Assembly: GCA_024274875.1 (NCBI GenBank)
Contig: JAJSAH010000020.1
Span: 3,897 to 67,896 of the forward strand
Length of the DNA: 64,000 bases
Direction of reading: 5' to 3'
From: an archaeon
Lineage (GTDB): Archaea; Micrarchaeota; Micrarchaeia; CAILAH01
Shown piece after piece: positions 18,926 through 26,562 of this stretch. The translations under genes were made by a program, and so were the position numbers. Numbering within the stretch: the stretch's first letter is position 1; every line of letters starts with the position of its first letter. The notes under the pieces were generated by a model, which was given only the letters and a program-made list of their open reading frames with translations, did not search any database and was not told the DNA's origin.

Positions 18926-19175
18926 GGGCCCGTGGCTCAACTTGGATAGAGCGGCTGGCTTCGGACTCAGGGATGAAACCAGCAGGTTGCGGGTTCAAAA
19001 CGAGGGCGCTTCCGCCCCTCGTGCTCCCAGGTAATTTCGCTAACGCGAAATGAAAAAGGGAAACTAACGAGGGCGCTTCCGCCCCTCGTGCTCCCAGGTA
19101 ATTTCGCTAACGCGAAATGAAATAGGGAAACTAACGAGGGCGCTTCCGCCCCTCATGAAAATCCCGTCGGGCCCG
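18926..19175 (+). tRNA. tRNA-Arg(UCG) with two putative introns: 13 nt at 37/38 and about 162 nt inside the T-loop
   Basis: Hand-folded: acceptor GGGCCCG/CGGGCCC (18926-32 / 19168-74), U8, D-arm GCTC/GAGC with GG loop, anticodon stem GCTGG/CCAGC, loop CU-UCG-G [13-nt insert] A, T-stem GCGGG (18989-93) / CCCGU (19163-67), T-loop starts TTCAAAA; 3' partner only found after the 162-nt insert. Confidence 0.55.
19001..19155. repeat. 67-bp tandem repeat, 2 full + 1 partial copies (GC-rich, two hairpins per unit), inside the tRNA T-loop insert
   Basis: Units 19001-19067 and 19068-19134 identical except A/T at one position; third copy diverges after cgagggcgcttccgcccctc; hairpins GAGGGCG-cttc-CGCCCCTC and ATTTCGC-taac-GCGAAAT. 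Confidence 0.85.
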
Positions 19176-19241
19176 TTCCTTATTTGTTCGCGATTCCGCA
19201 AATATTTATATAATAACCTTTCCTAAAATCTATGTGGTTTT

Positions 19242-19811
19242 ATGAATGAAACCAAAAAACTTATAGAACGAAATGGTGTTAAGCTATTTTTGAAGAAAAT
19301 TGCCGGATCATGCGCTCCAACAATTGTTTCAAATCTTGTGAAACCAATAAGCGATGAAGATTTAGCAGAAATGTGCGGCATGCGTTCTGCAGATGTGAGA
19401 ATGATTCTCAACAAACTGCATTATGTTGGGCTTATTGATTACAACAGATCAAAGGATAATGAGAGCGGATGGTATTACTATTCTTGGTTCGTGAGACCAG
19501 ATAAACTGCTTGAAACATACATCAATAGTAAAAAACAAGACCTTGAAGATTTGGAGGAGATGCTGGAGAATAATGAGATTTACACCATGTACATATGCAG
19601 GAAATGCGATCAAACATACGATTTTGATAAAGCTGCTGAGCTCCTGTATCATTGTCCGCTATGCGAATCTATACTTGACAGGGGCACTACTGACGAGGAC
19701 ATACGCAAAATGAAAATGATTGCAAGAAGCATAAAAAAAGAGATAAGCGAAGTAATATCGGCATACGGAAAATTGTCTGAGATTAAGCACAAATCAATGA
19801 AAGTGCTGTAG
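19242..19811 (+). CDS. tfe: Transcription factor E (TFE, TFIIE-alpha homolog)
   Basis: N-terminal winged helix plus Zn ribbon CRKCDQTYDF...HCPLCES; TATA aaatatttatataat about 30 bp upstream. Confidence 0.8.
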   Translation: MNETKKLIERNGVKLFLKKIAGSCAPTIVSNLVKPISDEDLAEMCGMRSADVRMILNKLHYVGLIDYNRSKDNESGWYYYSWFVRPDKLLETYINSKKQDLEDLEEMLENNEIYTMYICRKCDQTYDFDKAAELLYHCPLCESILDRGTTDEDIRKMKMIARSIKKEISEVISAYGKLSEIKHKSMKVL

Positions 19812-21143
19812 GTGTTTGCATTGGGAAAACGCATCTTAAACAAAAAAAAGAGGCCCATAGAGTTTGCAGCATTTTTGCTCGTCAGCATCGCAGCTGCATA
19901 TCATTCGTTCGTGCACATCGGATATTACTGGACAGTGCTAATACCTAACTTGTTTTTGCTTTACATTACAACAGTATTATTGCTCGTGTATCTCGAAGAT
20001 AAAGACAAGTACGACTATGTTAGCCATGAAAAACTGCTTCCCCCCGTATCAATCATAATTCCATCCTACAACTGCAAAAAAACAATTGGGAAGACAATTC
20101 AATCTATAAAAAACTCGAACTATGCAAATGATATTGAAATAGTTGTGGTTGATGATGGAAGCACAGATGGGACTCGCGAGTTTCTGAAGAACATTAGAGG
20201 CATAAAACTCATAACCAAACAAGTTAATGAAGGAAAAGCTGAGGCGCTCAACTATGGGATACAAAAATGCTCGCATGAGCATGTGTTCTGCATAGATTCT
20301 GACTCGTATGTTGAAAAAAATTCCATAAGAAATATGGTATGCAAAATGCTCAGCGATGACAAATATGGGGCAATCACATGTTTCGTAAAAGTTGCTAATA
20401 ATAATTCACTGCTGGGGAAAGTTCAAGAGATTGAATATTTTGTTGGGTTTGGGTTCTCAGCCATATCGAATTACCTAATAGATGCGGTGTTTGTAACGCC
20501 TGGTCCGCTGACATTGTTCAAGAAATCTGCGGTCATAAAAGTCGGGTTGTTTGATGCTAAGAATATTACCGAAGACCTTGAGATGGCTTGGAGATTGAGA
20601 AAGAACGAATATAAGATTGGATATGTTTATGAGGCCGCGGTATACACGATTGTCCCTGGCACATTCAAAGATTTGTGGAGGCAAAGAATCAGATGGTACC
20701 GCGGAAAACTCTCTAATATAATAAAGCATAAAGATATGTTGTTTAATCCAAAGTACGGGTACTTTGGGATGTTCGTGATGCCGTTCTCGCTTGCAAGCGA
20801 GTTCGCAGCGATGGCAACAGTGTATTTTCTTATGTATGTAATCGGGTACACTATTTACTGGAACATTTTAGCGATTGCATCCTTCTTGGAATTGAACAGC
20901 TTGACTTTATCAAACCTGCTTACAGGAGTTATGGGATCTTCAGCAGGCATGATAATGTTTTTAATTGTTGTAATTCCCTGGATTACAGTGCTGATAATCA
21001 GCCATAAACTTGGCAATAAGAAAATGGGCGTGAAAGACATACCATTCATCTCATTCTTTCTTTTCATATACAGCGTGTTTCTATCTGCTGTTTATGTATA
21101 CAGCCTTTATGAAGAAATATATGGAAGTGATTACTCATGGTAA
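19812..21143 (+). CDS. Processive family-2 glycosyltransferase (CesA/NodC/HAS-like, membrane-embedded)
   Basis: VSIIIPSYN, VVVDDGSTDGT, DSD, and QRIRWYRG (QxxRW) motif; TM helices N- and C-terminal. Confidence 0.8.
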   Translation: MFALGKRILNKKKRPIEFAAFLLVSIAAAYHSFVHIGYYWTVLIPNLFLLYITTVLLLVYLEDKDKYDYVSHEKLLPPVSIIIPSYNCKKTIGKTIQSIKNSNYANDIEIVVVDDGSTDGTREFLKNIRGIKLITKQVNEGKAEALNYGIQKCSHEHVFCIDSDSYVEKNSIRNMVCKMLSDDKYGAITCFVKVANNNSLLGKVQEIEYFVGFGFSAISNYLIDAVFVTPGPLTLFKKSAVIKVGLFDAKNITEDLEMAWRLRKNEYKIGYVYEAAVYTIVPGTFKDLWRQRIRWYRGKLSNIIKHKDMLFNPKYGYFGMFVMPFSLASEFAAMATVYFLMYVIGYTIYWNILAIASFLELNSLTLSNLLTGVMGSSAGMIMFLIVVIPWITVLIISHKLGNKKMGVKDIPFISFFLFIYSVFLSAVYVYSLYEEIYGSDYSW

Positions 21144-21799
21144 GCAAAAATGTTTTCGTAAAAGCTGCGCTGATAACCGCAATCCTTTTGCTCATATCCA
21201 TAACTATTGGGAGTTATATTGAGGGCAGCGCATACAGCAAATTTGACAAAGAGATTCTTAGGATGAATGAAAACAGCGAAGCAATCCTAATAATGCAATC
21301 ATTCTCAAGCTCGAACGACCCTAAAATATGCAGCATGATAAGCAGCCAAATAGATGCTATTAACTCAGATATATACTCATTCAGATCAGAGCTTGAAAGA
21401 GAGAAAAGCACCAGCATACTGATGAACTATGATGCAATCAAACGCAGATATTTCATCGCAAACGCCCGATTGCTTGCGCTAACTAAACAGTATAACAACA
21501 AATGCAACGGAACAGATGATATTATTTTATTCTTCTACATAAGCGAGAAGGACTGCCCTGAATGTTATGTGCAGGGCAAGGCATTGGATGATGTGAGAAA
21601 CGCATGCAAAAATGCAAAGATATTCTCTTTCCCAATAGATGCTGATATGCAAATAATAAAATCATTCATGGCATATTACGGGATTGAGCATGCGCCAGCC
21701 ATAATCATCGACAAGGAAAATGAGAAGGATATTGCTTACAGAGACCTTGTAAGCGCGCCTGCAATCATGAACAATTTAAATTGCAAGGGGGCTGATTAA
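21137..21799 (+). CDS. Membrane-anchored hypothetical protein, overlaps GT2 stop by 7 nt
   Basis: N-terminal TM AALITAILLLISITIGSYI; CPECYVQGK motif; translationally coupled to GT2. Confidence 0.4.
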   Translation: MVSKNVFVKAALITAILLLISITIGSYIEGSAYSKFDKEILRMNENSEAILIMQSFSSSNDPKICSMISSQIDAINSDIYSFRSELEREKSTSILMNYDAIKRRYFIANARLLALTKQYNNKCNGTDDIILFFYISEKDCPECYVQGKALDDVRNACKNAKIFSFPIDADMQIIKSFMAYYGIEHAPAIIIDKENEKDIAYRDLVSAPAIMNNLNCKGAD

Positions 21800-21801
21800 C
21801 A

Positions 21802-23124
21802 TTGGAGTTTAACCTTGGCAGAAGAATCAGAAAAGCAATATCAACTTTTACAGGGAAGGCGCTGATTGATGAAAAAGCCATAAAAGAGATTGTTAAGGAG
21901 CTTCAAAGAGCGCTCATAAGCGCTGATGTAGATGTGCATTTAGTATTAAAAATCACCAAGGAAATTGAGAAAGATGCGATGGAAATCGAAAAAAGGAGAG
22001 AGCTTGATGCAAGAGAACAAATTGTAAAAATAATATATGATAAACTTGTTGAACTGCTTGGAGAAAGGTACGAACCAGAGATTAGAAAAAAGAAAATACT
22101 TTTGTTAGGGTTATATGGAAGCGGGAAAACCACAACTGCCGCAAAACTTGGAAAATTCTACAAGACGCGAGGACTTAAAGTTACGTTGGTGTGCGCAGAT
22201 GTCGACCGGCCAGCCGCATACGAACAGCTTAAGCAATTGTGCAGCAAAGCAGGTCTTTCATTCTACGGAGAGAAAGATAATAAAAATGCTCGCGAGATTG
22301 TCAAACATGCAATGGAAAAATTGGATGGGTTTGATGTCTTAATTGTTGACTCATCTGGAAGAAGCGGATTGGATGATGTTCTCATAGATGAGTTGAAACA
22401 AATTAATGAAGAGTTGTCTCCTGATGAGAGAATCCTTGTGCTGAGCGCAGATATTGGGCAGGTGGCAGGCAAGCAGGCGAAAGCATTCAACGATAGCGTA
22501 GGGGTAAATGGCATCATAATCACAAAAGCTGATGGGAGCGCAAAGGCCGGCGGCGCATTAAGCGCGGCAAATGCAGCGAACGCAAAAGTGATGTTCATAG
22601 GCACAGGAGAACGCATAGAAGATCTGCGGCCTTATGACAGCAAGAAATATGTGGCAAGGTTGCTCGGATTTCCTGATTTAGAATCATTGATTGAGAAAGT
22701 AAAAAATATCGAGCAAGAGAGCCAAATAGATGCAACGAAGATGATTGGCGAAAAGCTTACAATGAAAACATTCATGGAGCAGTTAAAAGCAGCAAAAAAA
22801 ATGGGGCCATTGAAAGATGTATTCTCTATGATGGGCGCTCCGGATGTTCCAGAGGAGCTGGTTTCGCAAAGTGAAGAGAGAATGAAAAAGTTCGAATCTA
22901 TCATAAATTCTATGACTGAATATGAGCGTGAAAACCCTGATGCAATACGCAAGAGCGCTAGCAGAATCAAGAGGATTGCGCTTGGATCAGGATGCGATGT
23001 GTCTGATGTTAAAGAGCTTCTAAGGCAGTTTGACATGATAAATAAGATGATGCATGGTTTCAAGACAGACAGAGGAATGAGAAAGAGAATTGAAAGAATG
23101 CTTAAGAAGGGATTTAAGTTTTGA
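21802..23124 (+). CDS. srp54: Signal recognition particle protein SRP54
   Basis: N domain, G domain LLGLYGSGKTTTAAKLG, DVLIVDSSGR, TKADGSAKAGGALS; M domain C-terminal. Confidence 0.95.
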   Translation: MEFNLGRRIRKAISTFTGKALIDEKAIKEIVKELQRALISADVDVHLVLKITKEIEKDAMEIEKRRELDAREQIVKIIYDKLVELLGERYEPEIRKKKILLLGLYGSGKTTTAAKLGKFYKTRGLKVTLVCADVDRPAAYEQLKQLCSKAGLSFYGEKDNKNAREIVKHAMEKLDGFDVLIVDSSGRSGLDDVLIDELKQINEELSPDERILVLSADIGQVAGKQAKAFNDSVGVNGIIITKADGSAKAGGALSAANAANAKVMFIGTGERIEDLRPYDSKKYVARLLGFPDLESLIEKVKNIEQESQIDATKMIGEKLTMKTFMEQLKAAKKMGPLKDVFSMMGAPDVPEELVSQSEERMKKFESIINSMTEYERENPDAIRKSASRIKRIALGSGCDVSDVKELLRQFDMINKMMHGFKTDRGMRKRIERMLKKGFKF

Positions 23125-23616
23125 ATGAGTAATTATATCATGTCAGTTCGGTTCAAGGCATTAGGCAACCGATTAAACTTGCGATTGCGAAACGCTTTCT
23201 CTGCGATGCCTCTCTCAAAAGGGATTGATTCTGCTATGTTCGGGCTCATGAGATACACTATAAGGCATCCTGCCGCAAGGTGGAGGTTGGGCAATTTCCG
23301 AGTAATTAAAAATGAGTTGGATGGAGATTTGAGGATTATCATCATTAAAGGAGAGAAAGTGCAGGAGTATGTGTTCTGCAAGGATGACAGAGGAATCAGC
23401 TACATAATATCATTGCCTAAGATTAGCCTTCATTCGCAGCTCATTGAGGTCCTTGAAGACGCCCTCCATGTTAACATAACATTTCTTAAAGGAGGGATGA
23501 TGGCATTTGATAAGGACGAGATTGCGTTGTATGGGTTTTCTTCAGTGTTTGGCGCGGCGGACCATAGAAAAATTTCGAATATTTTGCGCGCCCACGGGAT
23601 CAAAGCGCATTCATAA
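23125..23616 (+). CDS. Hypothetical protein
   Basis: 163 aa ORF immediately after srp54; no recognised motif. Confidence 0.3.
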   Translation: MSNYIMSVRFKALGNRLNLRLRNAFSAMPLSKGIDSAMFGLMRYTIRHPAARWRLGNFRVIKNELDGDLRIIIIKGEKVQEYVFCKDDRGISYIISLPKISLHSQLIEVLEDALHVNITFLKGGMMAFDKDEIALYGFSSVFGAADHRKISNILRAHGIKAHS

Positions 23617-23655
23617 CCGCAAAGTATATATACGACTTCTTCTCTAAAGATATGC

Positions 23656-23994
23656 ATGGTAGCTATTTGCTCATACAAACCTCAAATAGATAAGTGGAAG
23701 CCATCTGTTGCAAAGCCCCGCATACCTCTATGCAGAGGAGCAAGAAGAAGCAATGTAGTTTTTGCTGGCGAACCGTTGGTTGAAAATAAAGTTAATTTAG
23801 CAAGCATAGATAATATGTGCTGGAAAAAATATGGAATAAAAGAGTGGTACAACAAAATATTAAGAAAGGGATGGCCTGGCGTGAAAGGAAAGGTCAGGCT
23901 TGGCAGGCCAGTCGTAAATAAATTTGGGGAGATTATAGTAATCACGCTGAACGATCAAAGAATGCCAAAATGCACTTTGATAGGAAAGGCGTGA
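23656..23994 (+). CDS. Hypothetical protein
   Basis: 112 aa basic ORF; no recognised motif. Confidence 0.3.
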   Translation: MVAICSYKPQIDKWKPSVAKPRIPLCRGARRSNVVFAGEPLVENKVNLASIDNMCWKKYGIKEWYNKILRKGWPGVKGKVRLGRPVVNKFGEIIVITLNDQRMPKCTLIGKA

Positions 23995-24009
23995 TTGCCG
24001 TGGAAAAAT

Positions 24010-25707
24010 TCACAAACGGTAATCAAGAGTAGGATGTTCATGGCCGAGACGCTTGCGTTCTGTTAACTCATCAAGATGCCGGGCTTTTTCTGAAATAAAT
24101 TTGTTCAAATCAACCCCATAACGAAGAATGAGGTTTGATGCATGCTTGCCGCCAAGGAAATGCGGCATGATTACATAGTCCACACCTTCAGAATATAAAT
24201 TAATGGCCTCATCTATCTTGTGCGCTGTCGCTATGAAGATAGTTTTCTTCTTGCGGAGCGTCTTCTTAATATGCCTAGCTATGAAAATGTTGGTTCTCGC
24301 ATCGGGTATCGTTGACACAACCATCTTTGTTTTTGAGAAATTAAGTTCTGATATGAAATCCATATCGCTTGCGTCCCCATAAACAACTGGAATGTTTTTT
24401 TCCTTCAGCATGCTCACTATCTCAGGATCATAATCCACCACTAAACAGGATAACTTCATTTTATCAAAGGATTTCAGCAGGTCATACCCTACTCTATTAT
24501 ACCCAAACAACACAACATCAGGGCCCTTGCCCTTGTGCATTCTCTTACGAGGTTCTCTGGCTTTAAACACCCAAGAATAAATTTTTCTTCCATGCACAAT
24601 TAAGTATGATGATGCTGCAATAGACAGCATGCCAACCGCAGTTGCAATTTCCATTTCGCTGCCGGCAACATATCCTAGCGAGATGCCCAACGCCAAAAGA
24701 ATGAATGAGAACTCGCTGACTTGCGATAAAGATAACCCTGCCAACAGCGCAACCTTCTTGCTGTACCCGCTCAACCTAACCCCTATATAAGTAAATAATA
24801 TCTTGCTCAGCATAGTTACAACCGTTAATGCCGCAATTAACGGAAGAACCTGCATCACGCTACCTATTGAAAGGTGCAAGCCCAATGCAACAAAAAACAT
24901 TATTATGAAGAAATCCCTAAGAGGTTTTATTCGCGCAGAAATTTCATAATGATAAGGAGATGTTGATAAGCTGAGTCCAGCTATCAGGGCGCCTATCTCG
25001 AGACCTATGCCAATTATATTAAACAGCGCAGCCACCACAAAACACCAGCTTATCGTGAACATGAACAACAACTCCTGCGAGCGCGCAATCAATCGCGTGA
25101 ACCTTGGGAGTATGTGAACGCTGAACACATATAGCAAAAATACGATCACGCCCCATTCAATGAATGATGATGTAATATTATCTGGCTGGCTTGCTGGACT
25201 GAGCGAAACTGCAAGCATAAGTGCAAGGACTGCGACTATGTCCTGCACGATGAGTATTCCAAGAGCTGTGCGGCCGTACAACTTATGTATATCTTCATTA
25301 TCAGACAGCAGTTTAACCACTATAACTGTGCTGCTGAATGACAATGCAATCGATAAGAACGCTGCTGGAACAAACGGAATCGCAAAAAGCTGAAGAACCA
25401 TAAAAGTTGCAATTGCAGTTAGCGAAATCTGGAACAATCCAGCAACAAGCGAAACTACGCCCATGCGCCTTATTATGCGCAAATCAAGCTTGATGCCTAC
25501 GATAAACAACAACAGCGCTATCCCTATCTGCGAGAATGCATCTATCGAACTTTGCGAGATGCTCACAGGTCCAAACAACACGGGAATTAGTACTCCTGTA
25601 AGTATGTATGCAATCAATATGGGCTGTTTTAAGAGCCGCGCTATCACAGATAATATCAATGTTAATATTAGGATTAAAGAAATCTCTGCAAAAATTCCTA
25701 TTTCCAT
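24010..25707 (-). CDS. K+/H+ antiporter KefC-like (CPA2 with C-terminal TrkA-N/RCK domain)
   Basis: about 12 TM then Rossmann VVLFGYNRVGYDLLKSF...VVDYDPE...VYGDASD; start set at internal MEIGIF. Confidence 0.8.
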   Translation of the reverse strand: MEIGIFAEISLILILTLILSVIARLLKQPILIAYILTGVLIPVLFGPVSISQSSIDAFSQIGIALLLFIVGIKLDLRIIRRMGVVSLVAGLFQISLTAIATFMVLQLFAIPFVPAAFLSIALSFSSTVIVVKLLSDNEDIHKLYGRTALGILIVQDIVAVLALMLAVSLSPASQPDNITSSFIEWGVIVFLLYVFSVHILPRFTRLIARSQELLFMFTISWCFVVAALFNIIGIGLEIGALIAGLSLSTSPYHYEISARIKPLRDFFIIMFFVALGLHLSIGSVMQVLPLIAALTVVTMLSKILFTYIGVRLSGYSKKVALLAGLSLSQVSEFSFILLALGISLGYVAGSEMEIATAVGMLSIAASSYLIVHGRKIYSWVFKAREPRKRMHKGKGPDVVLFGYNRVGYDLLKSFDKMKLSCLVVDYDPEIVSMLKEKNIPVVYGDASDMDFISELNFSKTKMVVSTIPDARTNIFIARHIKKTLRKKKTIFIATAHKIDEAINLYSEGVDYVIMPHFLGGKHASNLILRYGVDLNKFISEKARHLDELTERKRLGHEHPTLDYRL

Positions 25708-25847
25708 GCAACTATTATCAGTAAAACTTTTATATATGTGAAGGTATAACTTAGTCGGCAATGAAGAGACCACCCCAGAGGAGCAGTCAGATGCTATGAC
25801 TTTCGGAGTAACTTCTGAGCCACATTTTTAAGTTTTAAGGCGTATTC

Positions 25848-26555
25848 TTGTTCATGGCGCGCAAAAGAATTTGTTCTGGCATAAAAGGGCTGGATGAGAT
25901 GATTGAGAATGGATTTTTGGAAGGGCAGATTATACTGCTTGCAGGCGATGCTGGCGCAGGCAAGACCACATTCGCATCTCAGTTCATATACAACGGTGCT
26001 ATGCAGCATGACCAAAACGGCATGCTCATCAGTTTTGAAGAACCAAAAAAACTGATATATGAAAATATGAAAAGGTATGGATGGGATTTCGAGAAGGCTG
26101 AAAAAGAAGATAAGGTTATGTTCTTAGAGTATCCCACGCAAGATGTTGAGCATTTCCTGTCCCATGAAAACATAATACGCGATTCTATTGAAGAGAATAA
26201 CATAAAACGCGTTGCGATTGATACAATAACAGCATTTGCCCTTATATATGAGACCGAATACAAACGCAGGCAGGAAGTTGCGCGATTGCTTAACAAACTT
26301 AGGAAATGGGGATGCACAATTTTGCTTACTTCAGAATCTCGCGCGATGGATGAAGAGTATCATGTGCGGTTTGGGCTTGATTCGCTTGCTGATGGATTAA
26401 TCTATCTTTACAACATACGAAAGCTTGAAGTTAGGGTGAGAGCGCTTGAAGTGATGAAGCTTAGAGGAACAAAGCATATGCAAAGGATGGTGCCTATGAA
26501 ATTCGCCAAAAACGGACTGGTCGTATTCCCGGAAGAGCATGTGTTCAGCGAATGA
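25848..26555 (+). CDS. KaiC/RadA-like RecA-superfamily ATPase (single domain)
   Basis: GIKGLDEMIENGF...LLAGDAGAGKTTFASQF Walker A; ILLTSE Walker B-like. Confidence 0.65.
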   Translation: MFMARKRICSGIKGLDEMIENGFLEGQIILLAGDAGAGKTTFASQFIYNGAMQHDQNGMLISFEEPKKLIYENMKRYGWDFEKAEKEDKVMFLEYPTQDVEHFLSHENIIRDSIEENNIKRVAIDTITAFALIYETEYKRRQEVARLLNKLRKWGCTILLTSESRAMDEEYHVRFGLDSLADGLIYLYNIRKLEVRVRALEVMKLRGTKHMQRMVPMKFAKNGLVVFPEEHVFSE

Positions 26556-26562
26556 ATAATTA

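Noticed and set aside
19001-19155. Could the 67-bp repeats be a CRISPR array?
   Set aside because: Units are directly contiguous with no spacers, there are only 2.3 copies, there are no cas genes, and they sit within a tRNA-like fold.
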